From the NCBI GenBank assembly GCA_045646525.1, contig JAZRKX010000038.1:8885-72884 (forward strand): a stretch of 64,000 nt of DNA, in the 5' to 3' direction. The notes under the pieces were generated by a model that saw nothing but the letters and a program-made list of their open reading frames with translations, was not told the origin of the DNA and ran no database searches. Below are positions 49,126 through 58,657 of the stretch, piece by piece. This DNA is from Clostridia bacterium (GTDB lineage Bacteria > Bacillota > Clostridia > UMGS1810). Every line of letters starts with the position of its first letter. The stretch's first letter is position 1. The translations under genes were made by a program, and so were the position numbers.

Positions 49126-50394
49126 ATGAAGATAGAAACACAATGCTTACACGAGGGTTATCAGCCCGCAAACGGCGAGACCAATGTTCTCCCGATATAT
49201 CAGAGTACCACATATGCGTACGATTCTTCCGAACACATAGGCAAGCTCTTTGACCTTACGGAAGCAGGACATATGTATTCAAGAATATCCAACCCCACAG
49301 TAGAAGCTGTGGAGAAGAAGATTGCCGCTATGGAGGGCGGTGTAGGCGCACTTTGTACTACATCAGGTCAGGCAGCGTCGCTTATATCCCTGCTCAACAT
49401 ATTAAAGTCGGGCGACCACTTTATAAGCGCAGGCACCATATATGGCGGAACAATCAACCTTTTTGCCGTTACATTAAAGCGCTTTGGCATAGACATGACC
49501 TTTGTAGATGCCGACCTTCCCATAGAAGAACTTCAAAAATATATTAAACCCAATACCAAGGCAGTATTTGGCGAGACTATTGCCAATCCCGCACTTTCCG
49601 TATTGGATATAGAAAAGTTTGCCAAACTTGCACATAGTAACAACTGTCCTCTTATTGTAGACAATACCTTTGCTACGCCATTCCTCTGCAGACCCTTTGA
49701 GTTCGGAGCAGACATTGTTATCCATTCCACAACAAAGTATCTCGACGGTCACGCACTTCAGGTAGGCGGTGTTATAGTAGACAGCGGTAAATTCGACTGG
49801 GCAAACGGTAACTATCCCGAAATGACCGAGCCTGATGAGAGCTATCACGGCGTAGTATATACAAGAGATTTCGGAAATGCGGCATACATCACAAAGGCAA
49901 GAGTTCAGCTCATGAGAGACCTTGGTGTGTATCCGTCTGCTCATGCGGCATGGCTTCTTAATCTTGGCATGGAGACTCTCCATGTCCGTATGGAAAGACA
50001 TTGCCAGAATGCTCTTAAGTGTGCAGAGTTTTTAAAGAATCATCCCAAGGTGGATTTTGTAAACTATCCCGGTCTTCCCGATGATAAGTACAATACTTTG
50101 GCACAGAAATATCTTCCCAAGGGTACTTGCGGTGTTATAGCACTCTCCATAAAGGGTACAAGAGAAAATGCAGTTAAATTTATAGATAGCTTAAAGATTG
50201 CGCGAAACCTTGTACATGTTGCCGATATAAGAACATGTGTTCTTCATCCTGCAAGTTCCACTCACCGTCAGCTTACCGACGAGCAGCTTGTAAACTGCGG
50301 TATTACTCCCGGTCTTGTAAGACTTTCTGTTGGACTTGAAAATGTAGACGATATAATTGCCGACCTTAAGCAGGCTCTCGAACAAGTAGAATAA
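49126..50394 (+). CDS. O-acetylhomoserine aminocarboxypropyltransferase / sulfhydrylase (Cys/Met PLP family)
   Basis: Track ORF 49081..50394. The ATG at 49126 follows AAGGAGG. IETQCLHEGY..., SRISNPT and HSTTKYLDGH (PLP lysine) motifs. Confidence 0.88.
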   Translation: MKIETQCLHEGYQPANGETNVLPIYQSTTYAYDSSEHIGKLFDLTEAGHMYSRISNPTVEAVEKKIAAMEGGVGALCTTSGQAASLISLLNILKSGDHFISAGTIYGGTINLFAVTLKRFGIDMTFVDADLPIEELQKYIKPNTKAVFGETIANPALSVLDIEKFAKLAHSNNCPLIVDNTFATPFLCRPFEFGADIVIHSTTKYLDGHALQVGGVIVDSGKFDWANGNYPEMTEPDESYHGVVYTRDFGNAAYITKARVQLMRDLGVYPSAHAAWLLNLGMETLHVRMERHCQNALKCAEFLKNHPKVDFVNYPGLPDDKYNTLAQKYLPKGTCGVIALSIKGTRENAVKFIDSLKIARNLVHVADIRTCVLHPASSTHRQLTDEQLVNCGITPGLVRLSVGLENVDDIIADLKQALEQVE

Positions 50395-50401
50395 TTTTGG
50401 T

Positions 50402-50434
50402 AAAAAGGAAATTCCACAGGAATTTCCTTTTTTT
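50402..50434 (+). terminator. rho-independent terminator
   Basis: AGGAAATTCC-ACA-GGAATTTCCT followed by T7. Confidence 0.8.
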
Positions 50435-50519
50435 GTGCCTTTTTTACAAAAAGCTATTGAAAAACACAAAATATTGTGGTAAACTTTCTGTAACTAATAA
50501 AATTCCGGAGGGATAAAAA

Positions 50520-51872
50520 ATGAAAATGATTTATGGTGTTGAAGACAAACCGAAATTCGGACAGCTCCTCATTTTTGCAATTCAGCAGCTTCTTGCAATT
50601 ATGACAGCTACTCTTGTAGTTCCGGTTATCGTAGGTAATGGTATGAGCTCTGCTGCAGCTCTTTTCGGTGCAGGTATAGGTACATTGGTTTATGTACTCT
50701 TTACCAAGAAAAAGAGCCCTGTTTTCCTTGGCTCATCCTTTGCATTTATAGGCTCAATGGCTGCAGCTTTTGCAGGTGCCGTTTCTGTACAGGCAGGTTA
50801 CACAGGTCTTATAATCGGTGCTATATTTGCAGGTCTTGTGTACGTAGTGATAGCCACTATTGTTAAATTTGTAGGCGTCAACTGGATAGACAGACTCATG
50901 CCTGCAACAGTTATAGGTCCTGTAGTTGCTATAATCGGTCTCTCGCTTGCAGGAAATGCAATAGGCGATATAACCAAGGGAAGCATTCCCGATGTTGCAG
51001 CATCTCCGCTTGTTACAGTACTTTGCGGTATAATAACTCTTGTTGTTACAATAGTATCTTCTACTTACGGAAAGAAGATGGGCAAGCTCATTCCCTTTAT
51101 CTTCGGTATTCTCGGTGGATATGCAGCATGTGCTATATTTACAGCAATCGGTTTTGCGCTTAATGTAGATGCTCTTAAGATACTCAACACAGCTCCCTTT
51201 GCAGCACTTCTTACAGAAGGCAGGGTAACACTCGAAACATTCCTCTCTGTTCCCGATTTTACAATATCTACTGCAATTAAGGGTATTAAAGAAATCGATG
51301 CAGCTTATATAGGCAGCGTGGCTGTAGCATACATTCCTGTTGCATTCGTTGTATTCGCAGAACACCTTGCAGACCACAAAAACATATCTTCTATTATAGA
51401 AAAAGACCTTTTAAAAGAACCCGGTCTCCACAGAACACTTCTCGGTGACGGTGTAGGTTCTATCGTAGGTGCTATTTTCGGCGGTTGCCCAAATACAACA
51501 TACGGCGAATCCGTAGGCTGTGTTGCTATTACAAAGAACGCTTCTGTATATACAATCATAACTGCGGCAATACTTGCTATTGTTATATCTTTTGTATCTC
51601 CCTTTATAGCTTTCGTAAATTCCATACCCTCCTGCGTAATGGGCGGTGTATGTATGGCACTCTACGGCTTTATAGCTGTATCTGGTCTTAAGATGGTACA
51701 AAAGGTTGATTTAAACCAGAACAAAAACCTCTTTGTTGTATCTACAATTCTTATTACAGGTATAGGCGGTCTTACACTTACATTCGGCAAGGTAACACTT
51801 ACCTCCGTAGCGTGTGCACTTATACTCGGCATAATAGTAAATCTTGTAGTATCCAAGGTAAAAGAACAGTAA
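50520..51872 (+). CDS. pyrP: uracil/xanthine permease (NCS2 family), probably uracil permease
   Basis: 450-aa polytopic protein. QQLLAIMTATLVVP and the ...NTTYGE motif. It immediately precedes upp. Confidence 0.8.
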   Translation: MKMIYGVEDKPKFGQLLIFAIQQLLAIMTATLVVPVIVGNGMSSAAALFGAGIGTLVYVLFTKKKSPVFLGSSFAFIGSMAAAFAGAVSVQAGYTGLIIGAIFAGLVYVVIATIVKFVGVNWIDRLMPATVIGPVVAIIGLSLAGNAIGDITKGSIPDVAASPLVTVLCGIITLVVTIVSSTYGKKMGKLIPFIFGILGGYAACAIFTAIGFALNVDALKILNTAPFAALLTEGRVTLETFLSVPDFTISTAIKGIKEIDAAYIGSVAVAYIPVAFVVFAEHLADHKNISSIIEKDLLKEPGLHRTLLGDGVGSIVGAIFGGCPNTTYGESVGCVAITKNASVYTIITAAILAIVISFVSPFIAFVNSIPSCVMGGVCMALYGFIAVSGLKMVQKVDLNQNKNLFVVSTILITGIGGLTLTFGKVTLTSVACALILGIIVNLVVSKVKEQ

Positions 51873-51887
51873 TCAGGAGTGCATCTT

Positions 51888-52517
51888 ATGAAAAATGTTA
51901 CAATCTTTGACCATCCTCTTATTCTGCACAAGACTACTATATTAAGACAAAAGGATACTCCGAATAAGGAGTTTCGTGAGCTGGTAGAGGAGATAACCAT
52001 GCTTATGTGTTTTGAATCTCTGCGCGACCTTCCTTTAGAAGAGGTAGAGATAGAAACACCTATCAAAAAGACCACCCAGAAACTCATAAAGGGCAAAAAG
52101 CTTGCTGTTGTTCCCATACTTCGTGCGGGACTTGGCATGGTAAACGGACTTTTAAAGCTTGTTCCGTCTGCCAAGGTAGGACATATCGGTATGTACCGCG
52201 ACGAAGAAACGCTTGAGCCTCAGGAGTATTACTGCAAGCTTCCTGACGATATATCCAACAGACTTATAGTTGTGGTAGACCCAATGCTTGCAACAGGCGG
52301 CTCTGCGATAGATGCCATAACACAGATAAAATCCTATGGCGGTAAGCATATCAAATTCCTGTGCCTTATAGCTGCCCCCGAGGGTGTGGATGCTCTTACA
52401 AAGGCTCACCCCGATGTTGAGATTTACTGCGCAAACATAGACGAATGTCTTAACGAAAAGGGCTATATCGTTCCCGGTCTGGGCGATGCAGGTGACAGAA
52501 TATTCGGTACAAAATAA
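51888..52517 (+). CDS. upp: uracil phosphoribosyltransferase
   Basis: Track ORF 51879..52517. The ATG at 51888 follows [27 protein letters not shown] and [15 protein letters not shown] motifs. Confidence 0.93.
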   Translation: MKNVTIFDHPLILHKTTILRQKDTPNKEFRELVEEITMLMCFESLRDLPLEEVEIETPIKKTTQKLIKGKKLAVVPILRAGLGMVNGLLKLVPSAKVGHIGMYRDEETLEPQEYYCKLPDDISNRLIVVVDPMLATGGSAIDAITQIKSYGGKHIKFLCLIAAPEGVDALTKAHPDVEIYCANIDECLNEKGYIVPGLGDAGDRIFGTK

Positions 52518-52538
52518 GACTTTTATAAAGGTAGAAAA

Positions 52539-52576
52539 GGACACACCAATTTAGTATAAATCGGCGTGTCCTTTTT
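52539..52576 (+). terminator. terminator after upp
   Basis: GGACACACC...GGCGTGTCC (one mismatch) followed by TTTTT. Confidence 0.6.
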
Positions 52577-52885
52577 ATTGAAAATTATAGGTTTTTGTGG
52601 TAGAATATATTGAGATGATTTATCTTGAAAGTGCTTTTGTAGCAATCATTTCATTCTAGCTCCTAACATGATATAAACTTGCCACCAAAAAGGTTGGCAT
52701 CCGGATTATACAGTCTTTATAACATTGCTTATACAGCGCAATGAGAATTCATGCCATATCAAGTTTTGCGTGGAACGAAAATGCCTTTTGTTTTTTAACA
52801 AAAACTTCTTGAAAAATATTTAAAGATGTTGTATAATAATTTTGTATAATAATATTTGGAAGTATTAAAAAAGGAGGAAATTTTT

Positions 52886-53842
52886 GTGAAAAAGTTTATA
52901 GCAATTCTGATAACCATGGTAATGGTTGTTGCATTGGTTGCTTGCAGTGGCGCAGGAACTAAGATGACAATGGGTACAGGTGGTACAGCTGGTACATATT
53001 ATGGTTATGGCGGTGTTTTAGGACAGTACATTAAAAATAATGCAGGAATTGATGTTACTGTTGTTTCCACCGATGGTTCAAAAGCAAATATTCAGGGTAT
53101 TGCTGCCGGTGACTATCAGTTAGGTACAGTACAGTCAGATGTTATGGCATATGCTTGGGCAGGTACTCGTTCTTTTGAGAACGAAGGCAAAATTGATTCA
53201 TTCCGTACAGTTGCCGGCCTTTATGCAGAGACAGTACAGCTTGTTACAATGGACCCTGCCATCAAATCTGTAAAAGATTTAAAAGGTAAATCAGTTTCAA
53301 TTGGTGCTCCCGGTTCAGGTGTTTACTTTAATGCGATTGATGTGCTCGCGGCAGCAGATCTTACAGAAAACGATATTAATGCACAGTATCAGTCATTTGC
53401 TGATAGTGCAGATGCTTTGAAAGACGGTAAAATTGATGCTGCATTTATAGTTGCAGGTGCTCCCACACCCGCAATCACAGAACTTTGCACAACAAATGAT
53501 GCATACTTAGTTCCCATTGACGGCGAAGTTGCAGAAAAACTTATGGCTTCATGTGACTTCTACTCAGCACTTACAATTCCTGCAGGCACATATAACGGCC
53601 AGGTAGATGATGTTACAACAGTAACAGTTAAGGCAACCTTGATTGTTTCAGCTGATGCATCAGAAGATGATGTTTACAAATTAACCGCTGCAATCTTTGA
53701 TAACATCGAAGCAATCTCTGCCGAAAATGCAAAAGGTGCAGAATTAAGCTTAGAAAATGCAACACAAGGACTTACAGTTCCATTCCATGCAGGTTCTGCT
53801 AAATACTTCAAAGAAAAAGGAATCGAAGTAGCAGCACAGTAA
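52886..53842 (+). CDS. TAXI-family TRAP transporter solute-binding lipoprotein
   Basis: Track ORF 52856..53842. The GTG at 52886 follows AAGGAGG. Lipobox LVAC. MGTGGTAGTYYGYGGVL is the TAXI signature. Confidence 0.85.
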   Translation: MKKFIAILITMVMVVALVACSGAGTKMTMGTGGTAGTYYGYGGVLGQYIKNNAGIDVTVVSTDGSKANIQGIAAGDYQLGTVQSDVMAYAWAGTRSFENEGKIDSFRTVAGLYAETVQLVTMDPAIKSVKDLKGKSVSIGAPGSGVYFNAIDVLAAADLTENDINAQYQSFADSADALKDGKIDAAFIVAGAPTPAITELCTTNDAYLVPIDGEVAEKLMASCDFYSALTIPAGTYNGQVDDVTTVTVKATLIVSADASEDDVYKLTAAIFDNIEAISAENAKGAELSLENATQGLTVPFHAGSAKYFKEKGIEVAAQ

Positions 53843-53914
53843 TTAAGATTTTTTGGCTGCGGCGGGTTTCGCCGTGGCCTTTTTTGTAATATAACCGAGG
53901 AGAGAATTTTTAAG

Positions 53915-55849
53915 ATGTTATTCAAAAAGAAAACGCAAGCACCCCAGGAGACAATGGATCTGGATGCTGTTATGAAAAAATTTGACAGAGAATCAAACAC
54001 AAGAGTATGGGAAGGTGTGCCGAAGATTTTAGTTACATCTGTACTTGCTTTGTTTTCTTTGTTTTGCCTTTATGTAACGCTGTTTGCCAGTTGGCTCGAA
54101 GAACTTCGTCTCACGACTTTTGTGGCATTTATCATATTTATAGGGTACCTTATGTACCCTGTAAAAAAAGGTAAACAACGCACAAACTATATTCCTTGGT
54201 ACGATTTTATTATTATGATTCTGGGCACGGGAGCATTTCTTTATTATGCTTTTAATGCCAAAATAATCATCCAGCAGGGAAGTAATTTTGACTTGTACCA
54301 GATTATGATAGGTGTTGTGGGCGTTTTGGCTTTAATTGAGCTTTGCCGTCGAAGTGTTGGTCTGCCGATTATTATTGTGGCAGGATGCTTTGTGGTGTAC
54401 GCTTTGATATGGGGTCTTTCAAACCCCACCTTCACAGGCAAACTAAACTATATCATCCGCTATCTTTTCTACGGAAAAGAAGGTGTACTTTCAACACCTA
54501 TTAATGTGTGTTCCAAGTTTATTGTAGTGTTTATCATCTTTGGTGCATTTTTGGAGCGTACCGGAATTGCGGAATTTTTTATTAAAATAGCAAATGCCGT
54601 AGTAGGTAGATTTTCAGGCGGCCCCGCTAAAGTTGCGGTTGTAGCAAGTGCATTAGAGGGAATGGTATCAGGTTCATCTGTTGCAAACACCGTTGGTTCA
54701 GGATCGGTGACAATCCCTTTGATGAAAAAAACAGGCTATAAACCCGAATTTGCAGCAGCAGCGGAGGCATCTGCCTCAACGGGTGGACAGATTATGCCTC
54801 CCATTATGGGTGCGGCAGCATTTTTGATGGCTGACTATGTAGGTATGCCATACAGCAAGATCGTAGTATTGGCTATACTTCCTGCGGTTCTTTACTTTGC
54901 AGGTATATTTATAGCTGTTCACTTAGAAGCCAAAAAAGAAGGTTTGCGCGGATTGACACGAGAAGAATTACCAAAATTTCTTCCTTTGTTAAAAAAAGTG
55001 TATCTGCTTCTGCCTCTGTTGGTTTTGATTTATCTTGTAGGCACAAGTACGCGTTCTATTCAGTATGCGGCGGCAATCGCGATTGTTGTGGTGATTGTTG
55101 TGAGCCTTTTCAACAAAGGTAATCGCATTACACCCAAGCGCATCTGGGAGGCACTTGCTGCTGGCGGACAGGGTATGATTACTGTTGCGGCGGCGTGTGG
55201 TGTTGCAGGTGTTATTGCAGGAACTATCACTATGACAGGTCTTGCAAATATAATGATCAACGGAATTGTCGCATTAGCAGGCAATCAGATAATCATAGCA
55301 CTTTTTCTTACAATGCTTTGTTGTATCGTTTTGGGTATGGGCGTTCCCACTACCGCAAACTATTGTATTATGGCGGCAACCTGTGCACCTATTCTTATCA
55401 GAATGGGCGTGCCGATTGTTGCAGCGCATTTCTTTGTGTTCTATTTCGGTATCGTGGCAGATTTAACGCCACCCGTAGCGTTAGCGGCATACGCGGGAGC
55501 TGCCATCGCTCAGGCAAACCCGATGAAAACTGCAATTACTGCAACTAAACTGGCAATCGGTGCATTCATTGTGCCTTATGTGTTTGCATTAAACCCTGCT
55601 ATGCTTTTCATTGATACAACACCTGTTGAAATCATACTGATTTGTGCGACATCGTTAGTCGGTATATTTGCAGTGGCATCGGCATTAGAGGGATTCTTAA
55701 TTCATAGATTGACGTGGTATGAACGACTTATTGCAGTTGCGGGCGGATTGCTCTTAATCTATCCCGGAACTACAACTGACATCATAGGTATAGGATTTGT
55801 GGCAGTGACAGTTGCTGTCCAGATATTGACGAAAAAGAAAATGATTTAA
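53915..55849 (+). CDS. TRAP transporter fused (DctQM-like) permease, TAXI type
   Basis: 644-aa polytopic protein directly after the TAXI binding protein. Confidence 0.85.
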   Translation: MLFKKKTQAPQETMDLDAVMKKFDRESNTRVWEGVPKILVTSVLALFSLFCLYVTLFASWLEELRLTTFVAFIIFIGYLMYPVKKGKQRTNYIPWYDFIIMILGTGAFLYYAFNAKIIIQQGSNFDLYQIMIGVVGVLALIELCRRSVGLPIIIVAGCFVVYALIWGLSNPTFTGKLNYIIRYLFYGKEGVLSTPINVCSKFIVVFIIFGAFLERTGIAEFFIKIANAVVGRFSGGPAKVAVVASALEGMVSGSSVANTVGSGSVTIPLMKKTGYKPEFAAAAEASASTGGQIMPPIMGAAAFLMADYVGMPYSKIVVLAILPAVLYFAGIFIAVHLEAKKEGLRGLTREELPKFLPLLKKVYLLLPLLVLIYLVGTSTRSIQYAAAIAIVVVIVVSLFNKGNRITPKRIWEALAAGGQGMITVAAACGVAGVIAGTITMTGLANIMINGIVALAGNQIIIALFLTMLCCIVLGMGVPTTANYCIMAATCAPILIRMGVPIVAAHFFVFYFGIVADLTPPVALAAYAGAAIAQANPMKTAITATKLAIGAFIVPYVFALNPAMLFIDTTPVEIILICATSLVGIFAVASALEGFLIHRLTWYERLIAVAGGLLLIYPGTTTDIIGIGFVAVTVAVQILTKKKMI

Positions 55850-55911
55850 CATAAAATAAAAAAGATAATTATTCATTATTGTCATAGTCAGGCCTTTTTT
55901 CGACTGACTTC

Positions 55912-55947
55912 AAATCCCTGTTCGATACTGTATTGAACAGGGATTTT
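55912..55947 (+). terminator. strong terminator after TRAP operon
   Basis: AAATCCCTGTTC-N11-GAACAGGGATTT followed by T's. Confidence 0.75.
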
Positions 55948-56325
55948 GTAGCTGGGTTTGTCAGATTTCATCAATGGCTTGTGGAACAATCGACGATTGT
56001 CTATCGACAAAATAAGCGGCAACTGACTCGTATAGTCTGTTTAACTGAGATTGTGCCCAATGGAAGTAGAATCTGAAAAAGATTTTAATTTTTATTTTAG
56101 TTTTGCTTTTTGCTTTTGCGTTTATAAGGATTACAACTTCGACATATGAAAACATAAACCGGAGAAACAATAGAAATAAAGACTACCAAAGATTATAGTC
56201 AAATAGTTGTAGAAGAAAGCGATATTGCTGATTATAGAATATTTATAGATATTTCCGAAAAGTATAGTGCATTAGAACAGATTGAGGAGCCTTTTAGAAA
56301 AACAATCTCTTTGTATATGCAGGCA

Positions 56326-56354
56326 AATAATTTTTTGTTCCTGACTTGACACGA
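56326..56354 (+). repeat. cassette junction repeat, copy A
   Basis: AATAATTTTTTGTTCCTGACTTGACACGA is 28/29 identical to 57081..57109 and shares the core TCCTGACTTGACACGAG with the copies near 58005 and 59146. Confidence 0.8.
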
Positions 56355-56394
56355 ACTTTGTAAAGGATGTCGAATGATGTCGAAAATAAATATG

Positions 56395-56439
56395 TTGACA
56401 ATATCCTACAATTTGTATATAATATAAATTGTAGGATAT
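56395..56439 (+). promoter_or_regulatory. promoter of phd-doc with overlapping palindromic operator
   Basis: TTGACA-17 nt-TATAAT. The 14-bp arms ATATCCTACAATTT / AAATTGTAGGATAT bracket the -10 element. Confidence 0.65.
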
Positions 56440-56468
56440 ATTTATTGTATAAATAATAGGAGGTAATT

Positions 56469-56711
56469 ATGAATATAAATACTGAAACAATTACAACAAT
56501 GACAGAAGCAAATCAAAATTTTTCAAAAGTTGCAAAGGTGGCAGAAAATAATGGTCAGGCGGTTATATTTAAAAATAACAAACCTAAATTTTTACTGATA
56601 GATGTTGATTCAAATTCATATTTTGATATTACTGATGATGAAAAAATTGATGTTGCTGCAAAAAGAATTATGAATCGTTTTAAACCTGCGTTTGAGGAGC
56701 TGGCAAAATGA
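56469..56711 (+). CDS. phd: Phd/YefM-family type II antitoxin
   Basis: 80 aa. TITTMTEANQNFSKVAKVAENNGQAVIFKNNKPKFLLIDVD. Overlaps the downstream toxin gene by 4 nt. Confidence 0.8.
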   Translation: MNINTETITTMTEANQNFSKVAKVAENNGQAVIFKNNKPKFLLIDVDSNSYFDITDDEKIDVAAKRIMNRFKPAFEELAK

Positions 56712-57085
56712 TAAAATTAAGTAAAGAAAAGGTTTTACTCCTGCATCAACTGATTGCCGAAGAAACAGGCGGCAGTTTCGGTGTTCGAGATGTTGGTCTT
56801 TTGGAAAGTGCACTTAATAATGCATACGCCACTTTTGGTGGAGAAGAACTTTATAAAACAAAAGAAGAGAAAGCGGCAAGTCTTGGATTTTCGCTTATAT
56901 CAAATCACGCTTTTGTGGATGGTAATAAGAGAATAGGTGTATATGTTATGCTCACATTTCTGGAAGCAGAAGGTATAAAGATGAACTGTACTAATTCAGA
57001 TGTTGTAGATATGGGTCTGTCTGTTGCATCGGGCGAGATGAAATATGATGAAATTTTAAATTGGATAAACAAGTTCAAAAAATAA
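56708..57085 (+). CDS. doc: Doc (death-on-curing) Fic-fold toxin
   Basis: HAFVDGNKRIG is the Doc-type Fic motif. 125 aa. Confidence 0.85.
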   Translation: MIKLSKEKVLLLHQLIAEETGGSFGVRDVGLLESALNNAYATFGGEELYKTKEEKAASLGFSLISNHAFVDGNKRIGVYVMLTFLEAEGIKMNCTNSDVVDMGLSVASGEMKYDEILNWINKFKK

Positions 57086-57115
57086 TTTTTTATTCCTGAC
57101 TTGACACGAGTAAAA
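57081..57115 (+). repeat. cassette junction repeat, copy B (includes right-type inverted repeat GACTTGACACGAGTAAAA)
   Basis: AATAATTTTTTATTCCTGACTTGACACGAGTAAAA. It begins in the doc stop codon. Positions 57098-57115 are the exact reverse complement of 57831-57848. Confidence 0.8.
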
Positions 57116-57148
57116 TTTTTGTCGAATGGTGTAGAAAGAGGTGGGAAA

Positions 57149-57427
57149 ATGAAAAAGAAAGTCTTAAATGTAACACCATATATTGCAGGATTACTATATT
57201 TGGTTTATTGTATGGCTAATATAAATTATTGGGTTAAAAGTCATATGGGATTTGGATTTTATGTCTTGATTCCTTGGCTTATTGCTGCTGTACTTTCTAT
57301 ATCATTTATAGTGGCAAAGGTTTTGGCTAAAAAGAAATTTGCTTTTTATTTACCACTTTTCTTTCTTATTATTGGATTGATAATCAATATAGTTGGCTCA
57401 AATATTCCTTGTTGTGTTGGCGGGTGA
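57149..57427 (+). CDS. small three-helix membrane protein (cassette gene)
   Basis: Track ORF 57101..57427. The ATG at 57149 (MKKKVLNV) follows AGAGGTGGG. An in-frame TTG at 57119 would add the conserved MSNGVERGGK leader. Confidence 0.5.
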   Translation: MKKKVLNVTPYIAGLLYLVYCMANINYWVKSHMGFGFYVLIPWLIAAVLSISFIVAKVLAKKKFAFYLPLFFLIIGLIINIVGSNIPCCVGG

Positions 57428-57475
57428 TGCTTTAGAGATGCGCACCTATAAAGAATGTTGAAAGGAGTAGGGAAT

Positions 57476-57829
57476 ATGTTTAGAAAGAAAAAAACAGAAA
57501 AGCAAATCCCTGATAATACATATAGAGTTATTAAAATTAGCAAAGATGCATTATTTGAGTTTATTTATGAATCGTTTATAGATAACCAAGAAACTTTTTT
57601 TGATATAACTGACGGAACAAAAATCTTGACTTCTTTTGATATTGACTGGGAAGATGGTTCTTTTATAATGGTTGCACAAAATTGTAAAGACGAGCCACCA
57701 TTTTGTAACGAAATTGATGTTAGAAAAATATCTGATGCAATAGATGATACAACAGACACAATGTATGCTGATAATAGATATATTGAATTAACACAAGAAG
57801 AACTTGATGTTATTCAAGAAAAGGAATAA
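57476..57829 (+). CDS. small acidic cytoplasmic protein (cassette gene)
   Basis: Track ORF 57455..57829. The ATG at 57476 follows AAGGAG. No family recognised. Confidence 0.5.
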   Translation: MFRKKKTEKQIPDNTYRVIKISKDALFEFIYESFIDNQETFFDITDGTKILTSFDIDWEDGSFIMVAQNCKDEPPFCNEIDVRKISDAIDDTTDTMYADNRYIELTQEELDVIQEKE

Positions 57830-57830
57830 A

Positions 57831-58026
57831 TTTTACTCGTGTCAAGTCCTAAAATTTAAAACATTAGTTTGCCGATTTTAAATATTTACATATACTATCG
57901 GGAGCGAGAAAATCCAGTATTCTCGCGGGTTCTAATGGCTTTTGTTCAAGAAAAAATAGTGAAAACTAAGGGCAGAAAATAGTAGGTCCTATTATTCACT
58001 GTTCTCCTGTCTTGACACGAGTAAAA
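57831..58026. promoter_or_regulatory. 196-bp intercassette element 1 bounded by 18-bp inverted repeats (putative invertible promoter)
   Basis: Left repeat TTTTACTCGTGTCAAGTC (57831-57848) pairs with right repeat GTCTTGACACGAGTAAAA (58009-58026), 17/18 complementary. Inside are TTGCCG-16-TATACT and TTTACA-17-GAAAAT, both facing right, and a hairpin GCGAGAA-N9-TTCTCGC. Confidence 0.5.
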
Positions 58027-58069
58027 ATTATGTCGAATGCTGAATAACTATGTTGAAAGGTGTGAAAAT

Positions 58070-58609
58070 ATGAAGAAAACATTTTTAATACTTTCTATTG
58101 TTTTTACCTTTATTTTAGTAATATGTGCATTTAATTATAAATGGTTATATTATCGTTTTTATCCTTTTGACAGAATTACGGGGGAGTATGACATTACTGT
58201 AAATGGTAAAGAAACAAATACTGTTGACGAGTATTATGAGTACGAAAATGGCGGTAAAATTAGGCTTGAAAATGATACTGAAAACTTTAAAATTAAAGGT
58301 GGAAAATACGGTAGGTACGCAATAGGATTCGTGTTAAGCGAAGATGTTCTTTATAAACTCACTAATGATGAAAAGTTTAAAGGGAATGGTAATGTAGATT
58401 TGTCAGTTTCTTATTTGAATACAAATTGGTGGCATATATCAGAATTAGATATAGAAATAGATATTGTCAAAGACAGCGGTGAATGGTATGTATGCTATGA
58501 TGTGGAATTGGAAGAACCGCTGGAGAACTTTAAAGTTACAACTTCAAATGTGTCAAAGAAAATCAAATTGTCTGAAATTGATACTGCTGAAATTTTGATT
58601 GGTATCTAA
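58070..58609 (+). CDS. membrane-anchored extracytoplasmic protein (cassette gene)
   Basis: Track ORF 58037..58609. The ATG at 58070 (MKKTFLILS...) lies after GAAAGGTG. N-terminal TM helix. No family recognised. Confidence 0.5.
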   Translation: MKKTFLILSIVFTFILVICAFNYKWLYYRFYPFDRITGEYDITVNGKETNTVDEYYEYENGGKIRLENDTENFKIKGGKYGRYAIGFVLSEDVLYKLTNDEKFKGNGNVDLSVSYLNTNWWHISELDIEIDIVKDSGEWYVCYDVELEEPLENFKVTTSNVSKKIKLSEIDTAEILIGI

Positions 58610-58657
58610 TAATATCTTTTATAAATGATGTCTATTGATGTGAAAGGAAGTGCAAAA

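Noticed and set aside
57831-58026. A MITE or IS-derived miniature transposon as the explanation for the inverted-repeat-flanked 190-bp elements.
   Set aside because: No target-site duplication flanks either copy. Both copies sit at equivalent cassette junctions rather than random sites. The right repeat is shared with junctions that lack the rest of the element. This is not fully excluded and is kept as an alternative in the finding.
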